A DNA stretch of 64,000 bases from a bacterium (GTDB lineage Bacteria > Zhuqueibacterota > Zhuqueibacteria > Residuimicrobiales > Krinioviventaceae). The position numbers and the translations under genes are program-made. The notes below the pieces were generated by a model. That model was given only the letters and a program-made list of their open reading frames with translations. It was not told where the DNA came from and did not search any database. Positions 17,365-25,944 of the stretch are shown here, piece by piece (within the stretch, counting starts at the first letter, position 1; the number at the start of each line of letters is the position of its first letter). The DNA is taken from NCBI GenBank assembly GCA_963693055.1, contig OY843751.1, positions 6,471,008 to 6,535,007 on the forward strand, read 5' to 3'.

Positions 17365-18654
17365 ATGTCAGGACCTTTGCTGGATTCTATTGCTGACCTG
17401 AGATCGCTCGTTGACCGGCTTAATTTTCTACACAAGGTTTCGCAAAAAATTTCAGAAACCAAGCCTTTATCAAAATTATTGAATGAGATCCTTGAAGACA
17501 GTAAAATTGTAATGGATGTTGAAGCCAGTTCTCTGTTATTGTATGATAAAAAAGAGAAAAAGTTGTATTTTCAGGTTGCTACCGGCAGTAAAGGTAAATC
17601 GGTAAAGCGGCACAGTGTCAAGCTGGGTGGAGGTCTGGCCGGGTGGGTGGCAAAACATAAACAACCGCTATTAATTGATGATTGCTATAATGATCCCCGT
17701 TTTGATGACTGGTATGATAAAAAGTTGAATTACAAAACCCGGAATATGATCTGTGTGCCCATGATGCGCAAGAAAAAGCTGATAGGAGTCATACAGGTTA
17801 TTAATAAAAATAATGGCAAAGGTTTTGCCCAGCAGGATTTGAATATTTTTGAGACCCTGGCTTCGCAATGCGCTATTGCTATTGAAAACGCCAGGCTGGT
17901 GGTAACACAGGTTGAAAAAGAGGCCCTTGAGCGGGAGCTGGATACCGCGCGCACCATTCAGCAAAACCTGTTGCCAGACAAACTCCCGGATTATGATGAT
18001 CTGGATACGGCGGCCATGCTGGTCCCGGCCAAAGAAGTAGGGGGTGATTATTATAATGTACTCCGGATTAATGATAAGACCAGCCTGTTTCTGGTTGCGG
18101 ATGTTGCAGGTAAAGGGATTCCCGCGGCCTTGATTGTTTCTACCATTTTTTCTTATTTGCAGACTTTTATAAAGCTGGAAGATTCTTTTGATCTTATGCG
18201 GTTTGTGAAGAGTCTGAATCGGGTATTGATGGACTCTACCACGTTCGATAAATTTGTAACTGTTTGGATTGGTGTATATCATCATCAATCCAAAGAGCTG
18301 GAAAGCGTTAACGCCGGTCATAACCCTACCTATCTTTTTAGAAAGGGAATAAGCAATCCACAGATTTTGAGTGATGGTGGGATATTTTTAGGTAGTCTTG
18401 AGGTACCGTTTGAGATCGAGTCCATTCGGATTGGATCCGGGGATGTGTTATTATTCTATTCGGATGGTGTTACCGAGGCATGGAACAAAAAGCAGGAAGA
18501 TTATGGTGAAGAGCGCCTGATTCAACTGGTTTCTAAAAACCGGAAAAAGAAAGCCGCTGATTTATTGGACTTGATCAATAAAGATTTAAAGCAGCACGCT
18601 GGTAAAGCAGTGCAGAGTGATGATATTACCTGCGGTATTGTTAAATTCAAATAA
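17365..18654 (+). CDS. GAF-domain SpoIIE/PP2C serine phosphatase (RsbU-like)
   Basis: N-terminal GAF domain. VGGDYY, VADVAGKG, NAGH, YSDGVTEA and DDIT motifs. GGAG RBS before 17365 (ORF track starts at 17332). Confidence 0.9.
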   Translation: MSGPLLDSIADLRSLVDRLNFLHKVSQKISETKPLSKLLNEILEDSKIVMDVEASSLLLYDKKEKKLYFQVATGSKGKSVKRHSVKLGGGLAGWVAKHKQPLLIDDCYNDPRFDDWYDKKLNYKTRNMICVPMMRKKKLIGVIQVINKNNGKGFAQQDLNIFETLASQCAIAIENARLVVTQVEKEALERELDTARTIQQNLLPDKLPDYDDLDTAAMLVPAKEVGGDYYNVLRINDKTSLFLVADVAGKGIPAALIVSTIFSYLQTFIKLEDSFDLMRFVKSLNRVLMDSTTFDKFVTVWIGVYHHQSKELESVNAGHNPTYLFRKGISNPQILSDGGIFLGSLEVPFEIESIRIGSGDVLLFYSDGVTEAWNKKQEDYGEERLIQLVSKNRKKKAADLLDLINKDLKQHAGKAVQSDDITCGIVKFK

Positions 18655-18673
18655 ATAATCCCCGGAGATTTTT

Positions 18674-19801
18674 TTGAACGTTCACGAGATATAGTCAAAG
18701 TCCATTTTACGGAAACAAAAGAAAATTGAATTCTGGTTTTTGAGTTACTATGGTATGAATCTGTACAGAGGATGTACGCACAACTGTTCTTATTGCGATG
18801 GCAGGGCAGAAGGATATTATGTGGAAGGTGAGTTTGGCTGTGATATCAGCGTAAAAATCAATGCGCTGGAATTGTTAACACGCGAGTTGGATCCCTCCCG
18901 AAAGCGCAAGCCTATGAAGCGCAGTTTTGTGCTGCTCGGCGGGGGAGTCGGTGACAGTTATCAGCTTATTGAAAAAAAGTATCAATTGGCACGGGGGGCG
19001 TTGGAACTGATAGAACACTTTGATCATCCCGTGCATGTGCTGACCAAATCCACATTGGTCGAGCGGGACATGGATATTTTACTCCGTATCCATGAGAAAC
19101 AGCGAACGCTTTTGAGCATGAGTTTTTCATCTGTGGATGAAGAGATTAGTCGAATATTTGAACCGGGTGTACCGTCGCCAACCAAACGATTAGCGACTCT
19201 GAAAAAGTTTAAAGAACAGGGTGTGATATGCGGCATGTATCTGCTGCCGGTCATACCCTTTATTACAGATTCTGAAGAGCAGATTGACAGGTCCGTCAAG
19301 GCTGCGGCAGATGCAGGATTGGATTACATTCATTTTGGCGGTATGACGCTCAAAGATGGACGCCAGCGACAGTATTTTGAATCTGTGATTGAAAGGCATT
19401 ATCCAGAGGAACTTGGGAAATATCGTAAAATCTACACGGGGGACCGTTGGGGCCAGGCAATTGGTAAATATTATGACTGGATCCATAAAAGCCTGCTCAA
19501 AGCAGCCAAAGAACACAATATACCACTACGAGTACCTAAACCGGTGTTCGATGATATTTTAGATGAAACAGATACTGTCATTGTAATGCTGGAGCAAATG
19601 GATTACATGCTGCGCTTGAAAGGTGAAAAGGGTCCATATGGATACGCGGCATGGTCTCTTGCAAAAGCAGGAGAACCGGTATCGGAAATAATAAACAATT
19701 TGGAAAGCATCAAGGGGATCAATGCCAAAGCGGCATCGGTAATACGAGAGATTTTGGAAACCGGAAACGCAAAGGCGTATTTACAATCTATGGAATTGTA
19801 A
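18674..19801 (+). pseudogene. Spore-photoproduct-lyase-like radical SAM protein with C-terminal HhH domain, interrupted by an in-frame TAG at codon 7 (downstream ORF 18740-19801 intact)
   Basis: GGAG RBS then TTG at 18674, reading MNVHEI*SKSILRKQKKIEFWFLSYYGMNLYRGCTHNCSYC (TAG at 18692-18694). CxxxCxxC, LTKS and LLPVIPFITD motifs. C-terminal SIKGINAKAASVIREILETG. Confidence 0.65.
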
Positions 19802-19820
19802 ATACGCCGGAAAAAGTCAA

Positions 19821-21059
19821 TTATATCAATAATTCTTTGATTGCAAAATATGTGGTCATGAGTGAAAACAGAATAACCGCAATAATGCCGATTTTCATTT
19901 TCAGGTTTGCAGTGTGTTTTTGCATCAAGGATGATCGGGTGATGAGCATATATATAGGAATAGCTACAGCCGGTAAAATACACGCTTGAAACGCTTGTGA
20001 AAATACCATCAATGCGGGGGGGCGCTGTTCCAGGAAAATTCGTCCCAATCCAAACAAAATACCGACAAGCATGAGTGTTCGATACATGGGCGAATGGATG
20101 TCGCGCGGTTTGCCGGTATAATCGCTAATGAGCCAGGGAGCAATCAACACAATGGGGAATACGGTTGAAAGGCCCGCGCCGGTGATTCCCAATATCAGAA
20201 CAAAAGCCGCAAATTTGCCACCGAGGGGTTGAAACATGTGGATCATTTCTACAGTATCATCCAGTTTTAAACCCATAATGTGTAGCGTACCCGCGGATAC
20301 CGCCATAATAATACCACTGAGAAACAACATCATTGCTGCAGATACAAAGGCGTCTTTTTTCTCGTTTTTCAAGTGACTCAGGTTCCAGCCCTTTTCCGCA
20401 ACAACCGTACTACGCATAATAAAAACTGCAGCCGAACAGGTGGTGCCAGCCATGGCGGCTACCAATCCCATTGCACCGGGTGTGCTGGGAATACCGGGTA
20501 TCATACCTTTTGCAATTGCCGCAAAACTGGGTTTAACCATAAAAAATACAACCAGAAAACAGAGTCCCATTAATATTACAAAAGCAGTCAATACTTTTTC
20601 AAAGACCTGGTAACGACCAAACCATAACAACGCATAGAGACCAATTATGAGTGTTACAATGAACCAGGCAATGTGAGGTGTGCCCCAGCCCAATAATCTG
20701 ACACCTTCCTGAAGCAGATCTGCAACAATGCCCAGTACACCCATTAATGCCAGCAGTTCACCAATAATTAATGCTGCCATAATGTACAGGGCCAGAATGT
20801 TGCCATATTTGAATTGAGTTTTTATATTGTACAAAGCAGTATGTCCGGTAACCAGAGTGACCTGTCCATAGGCTACCATGAGGATATAGGTAAAAACGCA
20901 CGAGAGGATCAAAGCCCAGAACAGGGTCATACCGTGTTCCGCACCTGATTTTGCCATGGTGGTTACACTGCCGGTCCCAATGTTATAACCGATCAAAAAC
21001 AGCCCCGGTCCCACAGCACTTAGAGCAATAATAATTTTTTTTAGAATGGGATTTTTCAT
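19821..21059 (-). CDS. Nramp-like family membrane transporter
   Basis: AVGPGLF..GYNIGTGSVTT..KSGA, MAGTT, and about 11 TM segments. Confidence 0.8.
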   Translation of the reverse strand: MKNPILKKIIIALSAVGPGLFLIGYNIGTGSVTTMAKSGAEHGMTLFWALILSCVFTYILMVAYGQVTLVTGHTALYNIKTQFKYGNILALYIMAALIIGELLALMGVLGIVADLLQEGVRLLGWGTPHIAWFIVTLIIGLYALLWFGRYQVFEKVLTAFVILMGLCFLVVFFMVKPSFAAIAKGMIPGIPSTPGAMGLVAAMAGTTCSAAVFIMRSTVVAEKGWNLSHLKNEKKDAFVSAAMMLFLSGIIMAVSAGTLHIMGLKLDDTVEMIHMFQPLGGKFAAFVLILGITGAGLSTVFPIVLIAPWLISDYTGKPRDIHSPMYRTLMLVGILFGLGRIFLEQRPPALMVFSQAFQACILPAVAIPIYMLITRSSLMQKHTANLKMKIGIIAVILFSLMTTYFAIKELLI

Positions 21060-21088
21060 AACACACCTTATGATAAAGGTTAGAATTG

Positions 21089-21125
21089 AACACGAATAAA
21101 ACGAAAGACACGAATTTTCACGAAT
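21089..21125. repeat. Left arm of a periodic inverted repeat (CACGAAT cores)
   Basis: aacacgaat|aaaacgaaa|gacacgaat|tttcacgaat gives a 28/37 ungapped match to the reverse complement of 21565-21601. Confidence 0.75.
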
Positions 21126-21511
21126 TAAATTTTTAGAGATTTTTTGTCATTTGTGAAAATTTTTCTAACATATTCAGGCTTTTTACCAAAATTTAATAAT
21201 AAACCAAGTTCAATATGACTTGCTCTTAGATAATTAATTAACTGGTATTCATGCGCTGAACATAATTTTTCACAAACTTAAAGTTCTAAAATAATTTTAT
21301 TTTCAACCAGTATATCAGCATAGTATTCACCAATTGATATACCCTCGTAAATCACATTGATCTTTTTTTGCTGTTCGATTCCGAGTCCCTTTTTTTGCAA
21401 TTCTATGATCATTGCATTTTCGTATACTTTTTCAAGGAACCCATATCCAAGTTTGTTATTCACCGTATAAAAAGAATGGATAATTTGATTCGATAACTCC
21501 TGATAAAGCAT
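21125..21511 (-). pseudogene. GxxExxY family (PD-(D/E)xK nuclease-like) protein with an internal TAA stop
   Basis: GYGFLEKVYENA, YYADILVE, then ILEL*VCEKLCSAHEYQLINYLRASHIELGLLLNFGKKPEYVRKIF continuing in frame to the TAA at 21125-21127. The internal stop is at 21278-21280. Confidence 0.88.
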
Positions 21512-21564
21512 GTTTCCCCCAGATTGGAATTAATTAAATCAAAAAAGTATGATAGTTTAGAAAG

Positions 21565-21629
21565 ATTCGTGTAAATTTGTGTTTATTGTGTCATTCGTGA
21601 CATATCTTATATAGAACACGAATGACACA
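21565..21629. repeat. Right arm of the periodic inverted repeat plus a local 13-bp hairpin
   Basis: The reverse complement of 21565-21601 is gtcacgaat|gacacaata|aacacaaat|ttacacgaat. TGTGTCATTCGTG (21587-21599) pairs perfectly with CACGAATGACACA (21617-21629). Confidence 0.75.
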
Positions 21630-21641
21630 TATTGAGAAAGA

Positions 21642-22478
21642 TTACTTTTCAAAGATTTTTGCCATATATTCCTGGCAGATACCTTCTTTGGCCATCATGC
21701 GTTTGATGCCGCTAACAACGCTAAAATAGCCGCCAATCTTGTTATATTCAGATTGGCGTTCTACAAGTTTTTTCTGTAATTGTTTTGCCTTGTCCCAATC
21801 TCCGGCAGTTCCTGCGTCAAAAATTTCATTACACAATTCCGGATACAAATGCCCAATGCTGGCAACGCTGCCATTACAACCGCGTTTTAAACCTTCATAG
21901 ATAAGTGTTTCTTCACCCATAAAGACTTTGTAATCATCGGTTTTACATTCTTTGACCAGACTTTCAAAATACTCAAGATCTCCACTGCTGTCTTTGATGC
22001 CTACAACATTGGGATGCCCTACAAATTTTTTGGCAACTGAAACAGGAATCTTTTTACCATTAAATTGAGGAATACTGTACAGCATGAGTGGTAATTTACT
22101 ATATTCTACAATGGTTGTAAAAAAGTGTTCGATCATTTCATCTGTCATGGGGAAATATGGAGGGAGCTGAAGTGAAACAATATCTGCTCCCGAATCATAT
22201 GCTTTGTCTGCAAAATCTAACACATCTTCATATGCACATGCCCCAATGCCGGCAATGACCGGAACTTTTTTGTCTACTGCTTTGATAACTGTATCAATGG
22301 CTTCAAGCCTTACCTTTACGGGCAATGCAAGAAATTCACCGGTTGATCCGGCTACATAAAAACTGTTCACATTATCGATCAATTTATCGATGATTTGGTT
22401 CATGGCCTCTGCATCAAACTCCCGTTCCTTTGTCAGCGGGGTCACCAAGGGTACCATGAGGCCCTGTAATTTGGACAT
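21642..22478 (-). CDS. Dihydrodipicolinate synthase/N-acetylneuraminate lyase family aldolase
   Basis: LVTPL, GSTGE, PPY, LYSIP and Schiff-base GIKDSSGD motifs. Confidence 0.88.
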   Translation of the reverse strand: MSKLQGLMVPLVTPLTKEREFDAEAMNQIIDKLIDNVNSFYVAGSTGEFLALPVKVRLEAIDTVIKAVDKKVPVIAGIGACAYEDVLDFADKAYDSGADIVSLQLPPYFPMTDEMIEHFFTTIVEYSKLPLMLYSIPQFNGKKIPVSVAKKFVGHPNVVGIKDSSGDLEYFESLVKECKTDDYKVFMGEETLIYEGLKRGCNGSVASIGHLYPELCNEIFDAGTAGDWDKAKQLQKKLVERQSEYNKIGGYFSVVSGIKRMMAKEGICQEYMAKIFEK

Positions 22479-22671
22479 AAAACTTTCCCTTTCCGATTAT
22501 TTTTTATTTATAACATATTATTTTTCGGCATCTTAATCAAGCAGTTTTTTTCGCAAAAACGGCAATTAAATATAATTTGTGAAAATTGTATCACTTTTGA
22601 AATATTTAATACATTTAATTGTTATATTTTTTACAATTTAGGATATGAAATATAATAGTTTAGGAGGAAAA

Positions 22672-23151
22672 ATGAAATCGAAATTTTTTATTATTCTGGC
22701 GCAGGTCGTTTTATTTCTGGGAATTCACTCATCTGCTGTAATGGCCCATTGTGAGATTCCTTGTGGTATATATAATGACGAATTGCGTGTAAAGTTGATC
22801 ATGGAACATGCTACAACTATAGAAAAATCAATGAACCAGATTGTACAATTGTCAGGAGAAACACCAATTAATTATAATCAACTTGTTCGTTGGGTTACCA
22901 ATAAGGAAGATCATGCAAACAAGGTACAGGATATTGTAAGTCAGTATTTTATGACTCAGCGAATCAAACCGGAGCAGGAAAAGTATACTGAAAAAGTTAC
23001 GCTTTTGCACCAGATGCTTGTGACTGCTATGAAATGTAAACAAACAACGGAATTGAGTAATGTTGAAAAGTTACGCGAGTTGACTGATAAATTCAGTGAA
23101 TTGTATTTTGATGCAGCAGCAAAAGAACACATGAAAGAACATAAACACTAA
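22672..23151 (+). CDS. sodN: Nickel superoxide dismutase precursor with signal peptide
   Basis: Ni-hook HCEIPCGIY directly after VMA. NQLVRWVTNKEDHA and AMKCKQ motifs. AGGAGG RBS before the ATG at 22672 (ORF track starts at 22645). Confidence 0.9.
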   Translation: MKSKFFIILAQVVLFLGIHSSAVMAHCEIPCGIYNDELRVKLIMEHATTIEKSMNQIVQLSGETPINYNQLVRWVTNKEDHANKVQDIVSQYFMTQRIKPEQEKYTEKVTLLHQMLVTAMKCKQTTELSNVEKLRELTDKFSELYFDAAAKEHMKEHKH

Positions 23152-23162
23152 AAGCTTGATTC

Positions 23163-23194
23163 ATCCCGGTAGTTTATAACTGCCGGGATTTTTT
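23163..23194 (+). terminator. Intrinsic terminator
   Basis: ATCCCGGTAGTT-tat-AACTGCCGGGAT followed by a T-run, after sodN. Confidence 0.7.
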
Positions 23195-23831
23195 ATTTAT
23201 GAAAGGTATACTCTTCTTTAACCTTCATATCTCCACTTTCAAAGTGCACCGTCTGATCTCTCAGCAATAAAAGCCCTGATTTCGGGTCTATTACTAGTTC
23301 TGTTGCTGCTAAAAGAACATTATCCACAAATACATCAAAGGTAATTGCGTCAACATTCTTTTCCGCGTTTTGAACATTTGCAACTGTTACCCATTGTTTT
23401 ACGGTGCTATCGGTTTTGTCAGGTTGTTTGCCAAAATGCATTACAGCAATGTTGTGCAACAATCACATTCTAGTCAGGCTAATAATCGAACCCTGATTTA
23501 AATAAGGTGGTGTTTGCACGCTGATCTTGTTATTGCTATTGCTGACATCCATTTTTGATCCGTTAGACAATAGTTCAAGGTTGAGGGGTTCGCCAGTAAA
23601 TTCACCCTTGGCAGAAAAACTCACCCGGTTATAGGATTTTAGCAGCATTGTGCCTTTTGCATTTGCTTCAATTGCACCTGTTGCGGTTATATTGAAATCG
23701 ATTTTAATGGAATCTGTTTCCAGCAGGTTGATTTCGAGTGCGTTCAAGCAAAGTTTGGTGGAATTGTTTCCATTTGCAAATACCAGGGATGCAAAAATCA
23801 AAAAGACTAATAATATTATACGGATTTTCAT
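23193..23831 (-). pseudogene. Secreted hypothetical protein split by an in-frame TGA
   Basis: ORFs 23463-23831 and 23193-23462 abut in the same frame (...SLTRM*LLHNIA...). The first has a signal peptide and the second has no separate RBS. Confidence 0.6.
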
Positions 23832-25177
23832 GAGACGCTCTTTTTATTTATCTGTTTTAATATAAAATAGAGAGGAACACCTATGGCAACATTCAACAAC
23901 GCAATTCCGGATTCCTGGGGTCTTGTAATGAGAGATAACAGTAATATGATCAAAGACAATGAAACAAAAAAGATCAGGGTGTATGGATACCCCGGCATTT
24001 TTAAAGCAGCCCCTTGTTTGCGCAATTTTACCAAGCCCATTGCTGTAAGAACGGGAAAGAGACCCAGCGAAAAGCCCATATATGTCAGGATCTGATCAAA
24101 GGATCCTGTCATGACATAAAGAATGGCGATTGCGCTTTGTAATAGAATTGCCGCAACCGGAACGCCGGTTTTGGGGTGCACCTGTGCAAAGAATCTGAAA
24201 AAAAGTCCGTCTGTGGCCATTGCATAGTAAACCCGGGGACCCAGTATAATAAACGCGCTAAGTGAAGAAAAGAGAGCAAACGCAATTAACGCGGAAACAG
24301 TACGCTCCGCGGCTTTTCCGAATATGCTGCCGGCAGCCAATCCGGCAATGGATATAACACCACTCATTTCCTGTGGCGACAGCGCGTAAATGTAAAAAGC
24401 ATTTATCAACAGATACAATGCAACAACGATAGCAGTCCCGGAAATGAGTGAGCGCGGCAGGTTTTTATGAGGATCAGTGATTTCTGATCCAATATAAGTT
24501 GCAGCATTCCAACCACTGTAAGCGAACATGATCCACATGAGCGATAATCCTGCATTTTTTATTGTGGCAAGTTTGAATGTGATCTGGGGGCTCTGAATGA
24601 AATGATTCAAAGAACCGCTTCCCGCAGTGAATCCCATAATGATCAAACCGGCTAACAGACCGATTTTGAAAAGTGTTAATCCGTTTTGGACGCGGGTCCC
24701 GAATTCTATTCCTTTTGCGTGGACCAGAGTAAAGACAAGGATGATCAGTATGGCAATCCCTTTTTCTAATGTATCTGCTGAGACCGGGAAGACAATGTTG
24801 ATTTGTTCTGTCATGCCCGGAACTGCCCTTGAAAGATATGCTGAAAATCCAATTGCGGAAGCGGCAATAGGCGCTGAAAAACCGGCAACCAAAGAAATCC
24901 ACCCGCTTAAAAATCCGGGCAGGGGATGATAGAGTTCGGAAAGGAAACGGTATTCTCCGCCGGCTTGGGGAAATGCCGCACCCAGTTCAGCATAAACAAA
25001 TGCACCTGCAAGAGCAATTAATCCGCCAACAAGCCAAAGACACAACATGATCAAAGGGTTTCCCAGATCTGCTATCAGTAAACCCGAGGTAGTAAAGATC
25101 CCCGCACCTATCATATTGGCAATCACGATATTTGTAACCGGAAACCAACCCAGTTTTCGTTTTAAATATGGCCCCAT
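23828..25177 (-). CDS. APC family amino acid permease
   Basis: IANMIGAGIF, YAELGAAFPQAGGEY, FAYSGWNAA..GSE and GPRVYYAMA motifs. Confidence 0.9.
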   Translation of the reverse strand: MGPYLKRKLGWFPVTNIVIANMIGAGIFTTSGLLIADLGNPLIMLCLWLVGGLIALAGAFVYAELGAAFPQAGGEYRFLSELYHPLPGFLSGWISLVAGFSAPIAASAIGFSAYLSRAVPGMTEQINIVFPVSADTLEKGIAILIILVFTLVHAKGIEFGTRVQNGLTLFKIGLLAGLIIMGFTAGSGSLNHFIQSPQITFKLATIKNAGLSLMWIMFAYSGWNAATYIGSEITDPHKNLPRSLISGTAIVVALYLLINAFYIYALSPQEMSGVISIAGLAAGSIFGKAAERTVSALIAFALFSSLSAFIILGPRVYYAMATDGLFFRFFAQVHPKTGVPVAAILLQSAIAILYVMTGSFDQILTYMGFSLGLFPVLTAMGLVKLRKQGAALKMPGYPYTLIFFVSLSLIILLLSLITRPQESGIALLNVAIGVPLYFILKQINKKSVS

Positions 25178-25204
25178 ATCGGTCTCGTTAAAAGTAGATG
25201 ATGT

Positions 25205-25843
25205 TTATTTTTTCTTTTTATACGAAATTGACACACCCGCTTGAGAAGATTTGTTAATAGTTGTTTCAAGATCCAGATGGTTTTGCGCGTATTGTAAGAA
25301 TTCTTTAATAGAAGAACTGTAGAGATTGGTAACATTATGTGCGGTAAAACATCCACCGGGTTCTAATTTGGGCAGTACATCTTGAAGGTATTGAGTATAC
25401 CACCCCTTGTCTGCATCACTGAAAACAAAATCGAACGGTCCTTCAAGTTCTTTAACCAGTTCGTGCGCATCGGCCAGGCGCGCGTCAATGAAATCGCTCA
25501 CACCCGCTTTTTCAAAGTTTTCGAGGGCCTGGCGATGGCGTTCTTTATTGATTTCAATGGTGATCAGTTTTCCACCGGTTTTACTGAGCGCCCAGGCAAT
25601 CCATACTGCTGAATGACCGGTAGAAGTTCCAATTTCCAGTGCCTGGGTATAATTATGTTCTATAATCAAGTCATAAAGCAGCTTTCCGTCATTCACCGGT
25701 ACGTTCATATCGTACCATTGACCCTGATGGCTGGTTAGAAAAGACTGCACTTTGTTATCAAGATCTGTATGGGTTTTATCCTGGGCAAAACCATTTTGCA
25801 GCATTACCTGGATAAAAATGAGTAACATTGTTGTTCTCTTCAT
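25205..25843 (-). CDS. Class I SAM-dependent O-methyltransferase (COMT-like) with an apparent signal peptide
   Basis: LEIGTSTGHS, ITIE, FDFVFSDADK and AHNV motifs. GGAGG RBS before the ATG at 25843 (ORF track starts at 25855). Confidence 0.85.
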   Translation of the reverse strand: MKRTTMLLIFIQVMLQNGFAQDKTHTDLDNKVQSFLTSHQGQWYDMNVPVNDGKLLYDLIIEHNYTQALEIGTSTGHSAVWIAWALSKTGGKLITIEINKERHRQALENFEKAGVSDFIDARLADAHELVKELEGPFDFVFSDADKGWYTQYLQDVLPKLEPGGCFTAHNVTNLYSSSIKEFLQYAQNHLDLETTINKSSQAGVSISYKKKK

Positions 25844-25944
25844 ATGAACCTCCACAGGCTTAAAACCTATAAAACACCTATAAATTTAAAATTATGCCTG
25901 TAAAAATTTATAAAAATATGTATATTAGTGAAAACGGAGGATAT

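Noticed and set aside
17671-18321. 216-aa antisense ORF, and the many other antisense or shifted ORFs in the track (e.g. 28801-29334, 63593-63982)
   Set aside because: They are fully nested in well-supported genes and have no motifs, so they are shadow ORFs.
21642-22478. Calling the aldolase dapA or nanA
   Set aside because: Family motifs are present, but substrate specificity cannot be assigned from the sequence by eye.
18692-23465. Stop-codon reassignment (TGA=Gly/Trp/Sec, TAG=Pyl/Gln)
   Set aside because: The three interruptions use three different stops. TGA (e.g. 3743, 8311) and TAG (e.g. 6296, 12453, 30294) terminate ordinary genes, and no SECIS-like context or pyl/sel genes were seen.
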